Below, piece after piece: positions 40,023 to 49,774 of a stretch of 64,000 nucleotides of DNA. The stretch lies in IMG/VR virus record IMGVR_UViG_3300042346_000356, one strand, 5' to 3'. A program made the position numbers and the translations under genes. Position 1 is the stretch's first letter. Each line of letters begins with the position of its first letter. Source of the stretch: an uncultured virus (IMG/VR IMGVR_UViG_3300042346_000356). Taxonomy: Duplodnaviria > Heunggongvirae > Uroviricota > Caudoviricetes. Under the pieces are notes generated by a model that saw only the letters and a program-made list of their open reading frames with translations, was not told the DNA's origin and made no database searches.

Positions 40023-41787
40023 TGATTTCTTTGAAGCACTTAAAGATAATCACTTTGCAGAAACACCAGTAGACGCAAAGACGTTTGTTGAGGGTGAGCA
40101 ATATCTAAATCAGCCTGGACTATCTGATATTCAATACGATATTGTTGAAGCAATGAGCCAGATATATCGTAAAGAAGACCTTATAGATCTTTTGGGTGCT
40201 GAAGAAGGTGCCAGATATTATGAAAAATATACTAAAAATGAAATCATTCTGCAACTTGGCAAGGGATCTGGAAAAGACTTCACATCAACAGTAGCCTGCT
40301 CATACATAGTATACAAACTACTGTGTCTAAAAGAACCTGCAAGATACTTTGGAAAACCTGTCGGAGATGCTATCGACCTTATTAACGTTGCTATTAACGC
40401 TCAACAGGCAAAGAATGTTTTCTTTAAAGGATTTAAGAATAAGATTGAAAACTCTCCCTGGTTTGCTGGAAAGTTTTATGCAAAGGCTGACTCTATAGAG
40501 TTTGATAAGTCAATCACAGTTTATTCTGGTCACTCAGAAAGAGAATCCCACGAAGGTTTGAACCTTATTCTTGCAGTTCTTGATGAGATTTCTGGTTTTG
40601 CATCTGAAATTGGAAGTGGTAATGATCAGGGAAAGACTGCGGAAAATATCTACAAGGCTTTCCGTGCATCTGTAGACTCTCGTTTCCCTGACCTTGGTAA
40701 GGTTGCACTGCTTTCATTCCCACGATATCCAGGTGACTTTATTTCAGAAAGATATGATGCGGTTATTGCTGAAAAAGAGGCTGTAGAAAAGACTCACAAG
40801 TTTGTTATTAATCCTTTACTGCCAGATGATTCAGCAGATAATACTTTTGAAATTTCTTGGGATGAAGATCATATTCTTTCATACAAATACCCAGGAGTAT
40901 TCGCATTAAAAAGACCTACCTGGGAAGTAAATCCAACACGCAAGATTGATGATTTTAAGATTGCATTTATGACTGATCTAGGAGATGCTATGCAGCGTTT
41001 TGCATGTGTCCCTACGTTTGCATCTGATGCATTTTTTAAGCAGATTGAAAAAGTAAGAAACTGTATGGTGTCAAGAAACCCTATCGATACCTTTAAAAGG
41101 TTTGACGAAAACTTTAAGCCAGATCCAAACAAGATATACTATGTCCACGCCGACCTTGCACAAAAGCATGACAAGTGTGCAGTTGCTATTGCCCATGTTG
41201 ACAAATGGGTTAATGTTCAGGTAATCAAAGACTACGAGCAGGTCGCACCCATAGTAATAGTAGATGCTGTTGCTTGGTGGGAGCCAAAGGTTGAAGGCCC
41301 AGTAAATCTTTCAGAAGTAAAACAGTGGATCCAAAATCTTCGTAGACTAGGATTTAATATTGGAATGGTTTCGTTTGACCGTTGGCAATCTTTTGATATT
41401 CAAAATGAATTGAAGCAAGTAGGAATGAGAACTGATACTGTTTCTGTTGCTAAAAAACATTATGAGGATATGGCAATGTTAGTGTATGAAGAAAGACTTC
41501 TTATGCCAGCCATTGAACTTCTGTTCGACGAACTAACACAACTAAAGATCATGAAAAATGATAGAGTTGACCACCCCCGCAAAAAGTCAAAGGACTTGGC
41601 TGATGCTGTGTGTGGAGCAATATTTGGGGCAATATCACATACCCCAAGAGACCTTAACCTTGAAGTTGATATTCACACAATTAGTGATCGACCTAAGCAA
41701 GTTGACAGGCCTGAAGACAATGTGATACAATATAAACCTATGCCAAACGATGTAAAAGATTATTTGGATAGACTAAATCTACTATAA
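40006..41787 (+). CDS. Terminase large subunit
   Basis: GKGSGKD Walker A, VLDE Walker B, nuclease motifs HADLA, FDRWQS and KDLAD. Confidence 0.92.
   Translation: MSTEFNDFFEALKDNHFAETPVDAKTFVEGEQYLNQPGLSDIQYDIVEAMSQIYRKEDLIDLLGAEEGARYYEKYTKNEIILQLGKGSGKDFTSTVACSYIVYKLLCLKEPARYFGKPVGDAIDLINVAINAQQAKNVFFKGFKNKIENSPWFAGKFYAKADSIEFDKSITVYSGHSERESHEGLNLILAVLDEISGFASEIGSGNDQGKTAENIYKAFRASVDSRFPDLGKVALLSFPRYPGDFISERYDAVIAEKEAVEKTHKFVINPLLPDDSADNTFEISWDEDHILSYKYPGVFALKRPTWEVNPTRKIDDFKIAFMTDLGDAMQRFACVPTFASDAFFKQIEKVRNCMVSRNPIDTFKRFDENFKPDPNKIYYVHADLAQKHDKCAVAIAHVDKWVNVQVIKDYEQVAPIVIVDAVAWWEPKVEGPVNLSEVKQWIQNLRRLGFNIGMVSFDRWQSFDIQNELKQVGMRTDTVSVAKKHYEDMAMLVYEERLLMPAIELLFDELTQLKIMKNDRVDHPRKKSKDLADAVCGAIFGAISHTPRDLNLEVDIHTISDRPKQVDRPEDNVIQYKPMPNDVKDYLDRLNLL
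41702..41731 (+). promoter_or_regulatory. Promoter inside the terL 3' end driving 41806
   Basis: TTGACA-18 nt-TACAAT with extended TG. Confidence 0.6.
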
Positions 41788-41805
41788 TGAAAAGGAATAA
41801 ATTAA

Positions 41806-42945
41806 ATGAACTCATTTAAGAAAATCGCACTAGCCGTGGTTGCAGCCATGACTTTGGGCACAATGGTAGCAACACCTGCAAGTGCTGCTGTAATGTCAGT
41901 TGCTGTAGATCTTGCTGGAACGGCTAATACAACCGCTTCATCAATCTCAACACCTGCATCATTGCCAGTCCCTGCAGACAACACAGTTGACGCTGCTGAC
42001 GCACTAAAGTTCGTCGCAACAGTTGACACAGGAACAGTCGTTTCTGTGGTAGCAACAAACGCAACAATCGTGTCTGCACTACACACATCTGCTGCACCAG
42101 TAGGAGCATCATCAGGTTCTTCAACTTTGACAATCGCAACTGGCACAGGAACAACTGCAACATTCTGGGTATACACAAAGACCACAGCAATTGGAACAGT
42201 AACAGTTACCAATCAGGGAACTACATTTACATACTACGTTCAGGGAACTGCTGGTAAGATTAATAACCTTACACTTTCAGCACCTGCAACTGGCGCTGCT
42301 GGAACAAAGCAGGACATCACTGTAACAGCAACAGACGCATTCGGAAACAAAGTTTCTGGTAAGTCAATTACTGCAACAGTATTTGCTGCAACAGCAACAC
42401 TAGACACAGCAACAGCAACAACTGGTGCTACACTTTCAGACTTTGGAGTTGCTACATTTAAGGCAACACTTCCAACAACTGGAACACGCTCACTTATTAC
42501 ATTTGCTCCAACAACATCTTCAGATGCTGTGGCTGCTGCTGTAACAGGTTTGACCGCTCCAACACTCGCACCGTTTGCAGAGATTACAGTTCGTGATCTA
42601 GCATCAGAACTTTCTGCACAGGTTGCAGCAAAGGATGCAGCGCTTGCTGCAAAGGCTGCTGCAGATGCTGCACTTGTTAAGGCAACAGCAGAGCATACTG
42701 CTCTAATTGCTGCTGAGAAGGCTGCTTCTGCTAAGGCACTTGCCGATGCAAAGATTGCTTCAGACAAGGCACTTGCAGATGCAAAGGCTGCTTCTGACAA
42801 GGTTATCCTTGATAAGGATGCAACAATTGCTAAGTTGACTGCAGATAATGCTGCTGCACTTAAGGCAATTAAGACATCATTCAATGCACTTGCTAAGAAG
42901 TGGAATGCAAAGAATCCAAAGGCTAAGGTTACTTTACTTAAGTAA
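41806..42945 (+). CDS. Secreted Ala/Thr-rich Ig-like protein with C-terminal coiled coil
   Basis: Sec signal MNSFKKIALAVVAA...PASA; VTATDAFGN motif; capsid-like codon bias. Confidence 0.75.
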   Translation: MNSFKKIALAVVAAMTLGTMVATPASAAVMSVAVDLAGTANTTASSISTPASLPVPADNTVDAADALKFVATVDTGTVVSVVATNATIVSALHTSAAPVGASSGSSTLTIATGTGTTATFWVYTKTTAIGTVTVTNQGTTFTYYVQGTAGKINNLTLSAPATGAAGTKQDITVTATDAFGNKVSGKSITATVFAATATLDTATATTGATLSDFGVATFKATLPTTGTRSLITFAPTTSSDAVAAAVTGLTAPTLAPFAEITVRDLASELSAQVAAKDAALAAKAAADAALVKATAEHTALIAAEKAASAKALADAKIASDKALADAKAASDKVILDKDATIAKLTADNAAALKAIKTSFNALAKKWNAKNPKAKVTLLK

Positions 42946-42960
42946 TTAATCCAACAACTA

Positions 42961-42992
42961 AGGGGATTGGCTAAGTGCTAGTCCCCTTTTTT
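42961..42992 (+). terminator. Intrinsic terminator
   Basis: AGGGGATTGGC/GCTAGTCCCCT stem followed by a T tract. Confidence 0.85.
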
Positions 42993-43050
42993 GTGCAATA
43001 AAATGGTATAATCATCCTATCAGACATCATGTCTGCAAGGGGGAAAGGTA

Positions 43051-45180
43051 ATTAAACGACTACTAAGAATAGTAACAGCCACAGTTTTAGCCTTTGGCTG
43101 GCTACTTATAGCCCCCCAAGAAGCCCACTCTGATGATCCACTAACAGTGGCAGCACAAGAAATACAAGAACTTAACGATAGTGTATATGATCTTGGCTAC
43201 CAAGATGACCTTATAGATCTTATAGACATAGCAGAAAATAAGTTTGCCTTAGCCACAAATGCGAAGGAACTTAAAGATGATGCCTATGATGCCCACGAAG
43301 ATGCAGTAGAGGCAGAAGCCACAGCCTTAGAAGCAAAGAACCTTGCCCAGTCAAATGTGGATGGTCAGACAGCCACAGTAGCCTTGGCCCTTGAACATAA
43401 AGACAACGCCCTTGAAGAAAAGAATGATGCTCAAGATGCACTCAGCATAGCCAATATTAATGTTCAAACTACTCAATCAAGTATGCAGAGTGCTGGAGGA
43501 ACAGGTTTGGCATACACTGTTTATACTCTTGTTAGGCAGGGTAATGTTGCTACCCCAGGATCTGTTCTTTGTTCTGGCACCTGGAACTCAGGCCATATGA
43601 GTCTTCCAGTGTGCGGAAATAGATATGAAAACCTTATAGTTAAATTTACTGGACAGATAACAGCCCCTTCATGGTTTACACAAACCTACTTTGCAGGATA
43701 TACGGATGATGGTTTTAGAATGTATGTTGACGGGCAACTTGCTGTTGATAACTGGGTAGAGCAAGGGACAACTTGGAGCGATTACTCTCCCGTATATGAT
43801 GTTAGTGAAGACAAAACTTTAGATGTAGAAATATGGTGGTACAACGGAGGAGGCCCTGGATCCTACCTTCTTGGCTGGGGAATCCCTGGAGGATGGACTG
43901 GTGCAGGTTGTGACTATGCTGGAAATCCAAGAGTATGGGGACAAAATTTTAGTTGTAATCTTAATACATTTTCTTCTGGATCAGGACCAACTCAATCACA
44001 AATAAATGCTTACAATGATGCTGTTGCAGCACAGGCTATAGCACAAACAAACTATAACAATAAATTGGCAGTATACAATGACAAACTAAGCGTATACAAC
44101 TCTGAGAATACAACACTGTCATCAATGAATCAGGTTTTGCAAACCAAGACACAGGAACATCTTGATGCCATTGCAGATACAGAAGATGCCTTAGACTTGA
44201 AGAATAGCAGAATAGAAATATACAATCAGTCAATAATTGATTTAAATAATGCTATTAGTGATGCATGGGAATATTATTATAAGCAATCAGAAAGAGAACT
44301 TAATGCTGCTATTGCTCAAGCAGCAGCCAATGCTGCAGCCAATCAGCCTACCCCAGAACCCACCCCAGAACCTTCTCCAGAACCGACTGAAGAGCCAACT
44401 GAAGAACCTACACCAGAGCCATCCCCAGACCCAACTGAAGAACCTACACCAGAGCCTTCTCCAGAGCCTACAGTAGACCCTACAGATGAGCCTACACCTG
44501 AACCTACCCCAGAAGTTACCCCAGATCCAGAACCAACTGAAGAGCCAGTTGTAGACCCAACTGAAGAGCCTACTCCAGAGCCTTCCCCAGAACCTGGACC
44601 AGATCCAGAGCCAGAAGATAATCCTTGGACTGAACCAGATGTAGAAATCAAAGATGAAGTATTAGCAGCCCTAATTCCTGAAAAGGGAACTGGAACTTCA
44701 GAAGATTTATCTGGAGTTATTGCCAACCTTACAAGCAAGGATAATAAGTTAGTTACTCTTTCCCCTGAACAAATTACGGCAGTAAGTCAAACACTCAAAG
44801 CATTGACGCAAGAAGCAAAAGTAGAAGTTGCAGAAGACCTTGGTATTAAGCCGTCAGAAGTTGCACAGATTGCTGAGCAGATGAAGTCTAACCCAGCACT
44901 TGCAGAAGCATTTGTTGAGTTCTCAGATAGAGCAGGGGATGCAGGAGAAACCCCAATGCCATTTACATTAGCAGATGCAGTAACAGAAGTGCAAACAGAA
45001 GAATTCTTAGCAGACCCATTTGGAGCAGTATTTGAAGTGGATGTTACAGAACTCCTATCTAATTTCTCTGAATTAGGTATGGACATGACAGATGATCAGA
45101 GAGAAAAGGCCCAAGAAGTCATTATCCCAGTAATCATTGTTTCACAGATTGCAAATGTAATGATTGGGATGAGGAGGTAA
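43051..45180 (+). CDS. Exported PA14-domain protein with coiled coils, Pro/Glu/Thr stalk and C-terminal hydrophobic anchor; proposed ATT start
   Basis: PA14 motifs TDDGFRMYVDG and WWYNGGG; in-frame signal peptide from ATT 43051. Confidence 0.75.
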   Translation: MKRLLRIVTATVLAFGWLLIAPQEAHSDDPLTVAAQEIQELNDSVYDLGYQDDLIDLIDIAENKFALATNAKELKDDAYDAHEDAVEAEATALEAKNLAQSNVDGQTATVALALEHKDNALEEKNDAQDALSIANINVQTTQSSMQSAGGTGLAYTVYTLVRQGNVATPGSVLCSGTWNSGHMSLPVCGNRYENLIVKFTGQITAPSWFTQTYFAGYTDDGFRMYVDGQLAVDNWVEQGTTWSDYSPVYDVSEDKTLDVEIWWYNGGGPGSYLLGWGIPGGWTGAGCDYAGNPRVWGQNFSCNLNTFSSGSGPTQSQINAYNDAVAAQAIAQTNYNNKLAVYNDKLSVYNSENTTLSSMNQVLQTKTQEHLDAIADTEDALDLKNSRIEIYNQSIIDLNNAISDAWEYYYKQSERELNAAIAQAAANAAANQPTPEPTPEPSPEPTEEPTEEPTPEPSPDPTEEPTPEPSPEPTVDPTDEPTPEPTPEVTPDPEPTEEPVVDPTEEPTPEPSPEPGPDPEPEDNPWTEPDVEIKDEVLAALIPEKGTGTSEDLSGVIANLTSKDNKLVTLSPEQITAVSQTLKALTQEAKVEVAEDLGIKPSEVAQIAEQMKSNPALAEAFVEFSDRAGDAGETPMPFTLADAVTEVQTEEFLADPFGAVFEVDVTELLSNFSELGMDMTDDQREKAQEVIIPVIIVSQIANVMIGMRR
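44347..44616 (+). repeat. Coding tandem repeat of PTPE/PSPE/PTEE units
   Basis: 12-nt periodic units. Confidence 0.9.
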
Positions 45181-45182
45181 GA

Positions 45183-45389
45183 ATGAAAATAATAACAAAG
45201 GTTGTGAAGGGATTCTTCACATGGCTTAAGGACGCAGGCATGGAAGTAATTGCACAAGCATTTACCCTCCTTGGATTCTTTATCGCATGGTTAACTTTGA
45301 CGGGATCAGCAAGAGATATTGTTGGAATTGCTGTAATGGCAACAACAATTATTTGGCTAATTACAATCCCGCTAAGGAAGGAGAAATAA
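45183..45389 (+). CDS. Small two-TM membrane protein
   Basis: Two hydrophobic helices; GAGGAGG RBS. Confidence 0.7.
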   Translation: MKIITKVVKGFFTWLKDAGMEVIAQAFTLLGFFIAWLTLTGSARDIVGIAVMATTIIWLITIPLRKEK

Positions 45390-45390
45390 A

Positions 45391-45675
45391 ATGGCAACTA
45401 AAAAAATAGTAGAACCCCCAAAGAAAGAACACCCACAAAAAGCAGTAACAAATATCTTGATGAGAATTCTTGCGGTATTCGCAGCATCAGGACTATCAGT
45501 CCTAGGAGCAGGAGCAGTAGTAGGAATTGATACTATGCAGGCAGTATTCTTAGCAGGACTATTAGGCGTAGCAACAGTCGTTGAAAGGCTGGCTAGGGCT
45601 TTTTTGGACGATGGAAAACTCACATTGGCAGAGATCAATGATGCGTTTAAGACGGTAGACAAAAAGGCTAATTAG
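45391..45675 (+). CDS. Small membrane protein
   Basis: Two hydrophobic helices plus a DDGKLTLAE motif. Confidence 0.7.
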   Translation: MATKKIVEPPKKEHPQKAVTNILMRILAVFAASGLSVLGAGAVVGIDTMQAVFLAGLLGVATVVERLARAFLDDGKLTLAEINDAFKTVDKKAN

Positions 45676-45691
45676 TCATTATTGACGGTAG

Positions 45692-45747
45692 TTGACAGCC
45701 CTCTCTAGGTAATGGTATACTTGAGTATCACCTATCTGGAGAGGGCT
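45692..45747 (+). promoter_or_regulatory. Promoter embedded in an inverted repeat
   Basis: TTGACA-18 nt-TATACT; arms AGCCCTCTCTAG and CTGGAGAGGGCT. Confidence 0.7.
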
Positions 45748-45754
45748 TTATGCC

Positions 45755-46279
45755 ATGACTTGTATTGCTGTAGTAAAACATGAAGATAAGATCTACATGG
45801 CTGGAGATCGTGGAGCATCAGATGATGGAACGATTCTATCACTTTCTGCTCCAAAAGTTTGGAAGATTGGTCCATATCTGATTGGGTATGCAGGATCAAT
45901 GGACGGAGAAAGAATCCGTTATAACTTTAAGCCAACCCCTCCCAACATTAAAGATACAGATAAGTTTATGCAAACAAAATTTATTAAAGAACTTAAAGAA
46001 TTTTATAATGAGTTCTGGGTTGACACATCCAAAGATGGAGATCTTGGTTTGATTATCGCAGTCCGTGGAGAAATCTACGAACACAGTTCTGCAGATATGT
46101 CTTTGTCTAAATACTCACTTCCATATTTGGCTATGGGATCAGGTGCAGAATATGCTTTTGGAGTTCTGTATGCAACAGATAAACAAAAAAATGCTAGAAA
46201 CCGTGTTGTTTCAGCGGTGACTGCAGCAATTAAATTTAACCCATCCTGTATGGGTCCAGTTGACGTTGTCAGTCTTTAA
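45755..46279 (+). CDS. HslV/proteasome-beta-like Ntn threonine protease
   Basis: N-terminal MTCIA, AGD, K, and AMGSG motifs. Confidence 0.8.
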   Translation: MTCIAVVKHEDKIYMAGDRGASDDGTILSLSAPKVWKIGPYLIGYAGSMDGERIRYNFKPTPPNIKDTDKFMQTKFIKELKEFYNEFWVDTSKDGDLGLIIAVRGEIYEHSSADMSLSKYSLPYLAMGSGAEYAFGVLYATDKQKNARNRVVSAVTAAIKFNPSCMGPVDVVSL

Positions 46280-46294
46280 GGGTATACTTTATAT

Positions 46295-46498
46295 ATGGAT
46301 CACATTCACGAAGATTTATCTCCAGAAGAGCAAGAATTTGGTATCTGGCTGTCAAGTGGCATTGATAGAGGTTGGGTAACCCCTCCTTATTGCAATACCC
46401 ATGATGGTGGATACGAATATATGGGTGAAGAAGAGTTAGAAGAGTGGGACGCAGGTGGCGACCCATGTTGTCATGTCATCAGATTGATGATATCGTAA
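46295..46498 (+). CDS. Hypothetical protein
   Basis: Leaderless start; CNTHDG...DPC. Confidence 0.65.
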   Translation: MDHIHEDLSPEEQEFGIWLSSGIDRGWVTPPYCNTHDGGYEYMGEEELEEWDAGGDPCCHVIRLMIS

Positions 46499-46514
46499 AT
46501 AGAAAAGGAATAAA

Positions 46515-47291
46515 ATGAAGAAGATCGTAGCACTAGTAGCAGTATTATTTTCAGTAGTAATCCCAGTTCAATCACAAGCAGCAGTTGGTGAAAGAGTTGT
46601 AATCATTGATAATGCATTTAATTTATCTCAGATCAGCGGTAGTGTTGAGTTTGTTTGCGTGGCATCAGATCGATGTGTCAATAAAACAAATTCTACTATG
46701 GATCATGGAACTCAAATGGCACTTGTTGCTCGTCAACAAAATCCAACAGCAACTTTGGTTTTAGTTCAAGGTGCTCCAGTAAGCAAGAAGGGAACCTCTT
46801 CAGAGGTTAATTTAATTGGTCTAATCTCCGCACTTGATTTTGTAAACAGCAATCCATCTAATGTTTCTTCTGTTTCTTTTTCAAGGTTTGTTAACAACAC
46901 TACTGCGAAGTTGGTAGGTCAGTGTTTCCCACCAGCCACAGCACCATATACACCGCAGACAGGATTTGATCGAGTTAAGTCTTCTGTTGTTTCACTAAAC
47001 TCAAAGGGTATTCAGGTATATGCAGCAGCAGGAAATACTGCATCAAAGCCTATTGATTTTCCAGCATGCGTTTCAGAGGTAGTATCTGTTGGCTCATACA
47101 TTTATGGAAAAACATATAAGACTGGTGAAGTAGATATGCTTGCATCTCTTGTAACACCAGATAAAACTTCAACAATTAAAAACCTTATTCAGGGTTCTTC
47201 TATTCAGTTTTCAACTTCAGTAGCAACTGCTGCTGTTGCTGCTAACTCAGTCAGTCCATCTTTAAAGGTGGCGACAATCCTCTCTAACTAA
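46515..47291 (+). CDS. Secreted subtilisin-like (S8) peptidase
   Basis: Signal peptide; VIID, HGTQMA, AAAGN and STSVAT motifs. Confidence 0.7.
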   Translation: MKKIVALVAVLFSVVIPVQSQAAVGERVVIIDNAFNLSQISGSVEFVCVASDRCVNKTNSTMDHGTQMALVARQQNPTATLVLVQGAPVSKKGTSSEVNLIGLISALDFVNSNPSNVSSVSFSRFVNNTTAKLVGQCFPPATAPYTPQTGFDRVKSSVVSLNSKGIQVYAAAGNTASKPIDFPACVSEVVSVGSYIYGKTYKTGEVDMLASLVTPDKTSTIKNLIQGSSIQFSTSVATAAVAANSVSPSLKVATILSN

Positions 47292-47299
47292 GAGGGTGG

Positions 47300-47372
47300 T
47301 GGGGTGTAACTCAGATGGTAGAGTGCCGAACTGTTAATTCGGATGTCGCAGGATCGATGCCTGCCACCCCAG
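47300..47372 (+). tRNA. tRNA-Asn(GTT)
   Basis: Cloverleaf with TGGGGTG/CACCCCA acceptor and CCGAA-CTGTTAA-TTCGG arm; atypical T-loop ATCGATG; no CCA. Confidence 0.88.
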
Positions 47373-47391
47373 CAAATGGTATACTTGTTAA

Positions 47392-47475
47392 ATGAGCATA
47401 ATTAAAAAAATTAAATGGTATATCTGGCAAAGAAAATATAAAAAGAAGATGAAAAATAAAAGGTATATTTACTAG
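47392..47475 (+). CDS. 27-aa basic peptide ending in YIY
   Basis: MSIIKKIKWYIWQRKYKKKMKNKRYIY; ATG 6 nt after TGGTATACT; stop overlaps the GTG of the next gene. Confidence 0.7.
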   Translation: MSIIKKIKWYIWQRKYKKKMKNKRYIY

Positions 47476-48896
47476 TGATTATACTTGGCATAAATGAGAC
47501 ATCTCATGACGCATCTGTTTCTTTAATTAAGGATGGCGAGATACTTTTTGCAGGGCATGCAGAAAGATATAGCAAACAAAAAAATGACTGGTATGTCAAT
47601 GATAGTTTAATAAAAGATGCTTTGCAGTATGGTAGACCAGATCATATTGCTTACTATGAAAAACCCCTTCTAAAGGCCTCTAGGCTGGCTCTAAAGGGTG
47701 GTGTAGGAGAATGGAAACCTAGATTTAATATACCAGGAATTCCTAGAAAATCATTTAGCCATCATTATTCACACGCAGCAGCAGGATACTTTACAAGTGA
47801 TTTTAACAATGCAGTAATTGTTGTTTTGGATGCAATGGGGGAATACAATACTTCTACAGTTTGGGTTGGAGAAGGAAACAACATTAAACTAAAATATAAG
47901 CAGAACTATCCAGTGAGTTTTGGATTGTTCTACTCTGCATTTACTCAACTTATAGGGCTAATGCCAAACCAAGAAGAATACATCATGATGGGTATGGCTG
48001 CATATGGAGACTGGACAAAGCATTATAAAAAAGTTAATGAGTATTTTCCTTCTTACGATCAACAAAAGTATAACTTTCATAAGGGCATTACAGATTGGGG
48101 CTGGATATCAGAAGAAGATAAATTTGATATAGCAGCAGCAGTCCAAATGGTTTACGAACAAAGACTTAACGATTTTATGCGTATGGCAAAGTCAATTACG
48201 GGCAAAAAGAATTTAGTTTTTATGGGTGGATGTGCCCTTAACTCTTCAGCCAATACTTTGCTGTGGAAAATATTTGATATGATTTGGATTATGCCAAACC
48301 CTGGAGACGCTGGAAGTTCTTTAGGAGCAGCAGCAGCATTATATGGTAAGCATCTTGAATGGAAGAATCCATATCTTGGTTATGATCTTGGAGGAAAATA
48401 TCCAATTCAGGAAATAGTTGACGGTATATTAAAAGACGGAATTGTAGCAGTAGCATCAGGCCGAGCAGAATATGGTCCAAGAGCATTGGGAAACAGAAGC
48501 ATACTTGCAGATCCAAGAGATCCAGACATTAAGGACAAGGTTAATCTTATTAAGCAGAGAGAATTATTTAGACCATTTGCCCCTGTAGTTATGGCTGAGT
48601 ATGCGTATAAATGGTTTGATATGGACTTTGAAAGCCCTTATATGCAGTATACGGTTAAATGCTTAAAGCCAGACAAGATACCTTCAGTTGTCCATGTCGA
48701 TGGAACTTCCAGAGTTCAAACAGTTACAAAAGAACAACACTACGGCCTATGGAGAGTTCTTAATAAATTTTTTTTGCAGACTGGTGTTCCAGTATTACTT
48801 AATACAAGTTTAAATATTAAGGGCCAGCCACTGCTAAATGATGGAAATGATCTTGCTGAATGGGAAGTGCATTATGGAAGTAGGATAGTTACATGA
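47475..48896 (+). CDS. NodU/CmcH-family carbamoyltransferase
   Basis: SHDAS, HHYSHA, GGCALN, GDAG, GPRALGNRS and NTSLN motifs. Confidence 0.95.
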   Translation: MIILGINETSHDASVSLIKDGEILFAGHAERYSKQKNDWYVNDSLIKDALQYGRPDHIAYYEKPLLKASRLALKGGVGEWKPRFNIPGIPRKSFSHHYSHAAAGYFTSDFNNAVIVVLDAMGEYNTSTVWVGEGNNIKLKYKQNYPVSFGLFYSAFTQLIGLMPNQEEYIMMGMAAYGDWTKHYKKVNEYFPSYDQQKYNFHKGITDWGWISEEDKFDIAAAVQMVYEQRLNDFMRMAKSITGKKNLVFMGGCALNSSANTLLWKIFDMIWIMPNPGDAGSSLGAAAALYGKHLEWKNPYLGYDLGGKYPIQEIVDGILKDGIVAVASGRAEYGPRALGNRSILADPRDPDIKDKVNLIKQRELFRPFAPVVMAEYAYKWFDMDFESPYMQYTVKCLKPDKIPSVVHVDGTSRVQTVTKEQHYGLWRVLNKFFLQTGVPVLLNTSLNIKGQPLLNDGNDLAEWEVHYGSRIVT

Positions 48897-49774
48897 ATTT
48901 TTTAAAAGAGTTTGATGATGACTTTTTAGTTGGGACAGAACTAACAAGAGAACAAAGTGAATATGCAAAATTACACAGAACAGAAAATGATTATTTATAT
49001 ACAGATAATATAGGATGCTTTGGAGTTATAGAAGGTCCACAGGTTGTATATAAAATAAATAAAGATGGTTTTAGATCTAATCATTTCAGTGAATTCAACA
49101 AAGATAAGGATAGCATTCTCTTTGCTGGATGCTCTATTACTATGGGGGAGGGTCTACCAGAAGATCTGACGTGGTATAAGCAAATTTCTAAAGAACTATC
49201 TATAGATAGTTTTTATAATGTATCTTCAACTGGGGCATCTACAAGACTTATAGTAAAAAATATACTTACTTTTATTAGGAAGTATGGCTCTCCTAAATTT
49301 ATATTTGTATTATTCCCAGATTTTGCAAGAGATTTACAATATGACCCAACATCCAAAAAGATAGTCAGTTGTTTAGTTCATCCACAATGGATAAGCGCTC
49401 CCAAAAAGTTTATAACTCACAAAGTTTATACATTAAACTATCGTGAAGAGTATGGTGCATTTAATGCCATTGAGCATATAAGGATATTAGAGGATGTCTG
49501 TGATTATTTAGGCATAAAACTAATTTGGTCTAATTGGAGTAAGCCAGCAAACGATGTTCTTGAAAATATAAAATTTAGGAATTACTTTAAGATCGATGGT
49601 TCTTTTTCGTTTAATGATAAAGATAAGGCGTATGATTCAAATAAAATAGATGAGGATGTTCCTTATTGGTCAGTTGCACAAGATGGGATTCATCCAGGAT
49701 CTGGCTGGAATAAAAGGGTCGCAGAAAATTTCATTAATGAGTTTAATAGGATGGGCTATGATAAAAAAGATTAA
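48893..49774 (+). CDS. SGNH/GDSL-fold protein
   Basis: FAGCSITMG (block I Ser), NVSSTGAS, QDGIHPG (DxxH). Confidence 0.7.
   Translation: MNFLKEFDDDFLVGTELTREQSEYAKLHRTENDYLYTDNIGCFGVIEGPQVVYKINKDGFRSNHFSEFNKDKDSILFAGCSITMGEGLPEDLTWYKQISKELSIDSFYNVSSTGASTRLIVKNILTFIRKYGSPKFIFVLFPDFARDLQYDPTSKKIVSCLVHPQWISAPKKFITHKVYTLNYREEYGAFNAIEHIRILEDVCDYLGIKLIWSNWSKPANDVLENIKFRNYFKIDGSFSFNDKDKAYDSNKIDEDVPYWSVAQDGIHPGSGWNKRVAENFINEFNRMGYDKKD

Noticed and set aside
31919..41787. Inteins or introns in DnaE, RecA and TerL
   Set aside because: The ORFs are continuous and of normal length, with no intein or homing endonuclease motifs seen
41802..45086. Long antisense ORFs (41802..42212, 42240..42884, 44343..44738; also 2087..2767)
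   Set aside because: They are shadows of biased or repetitive sense-strand coding sequence with no recognisable motifs
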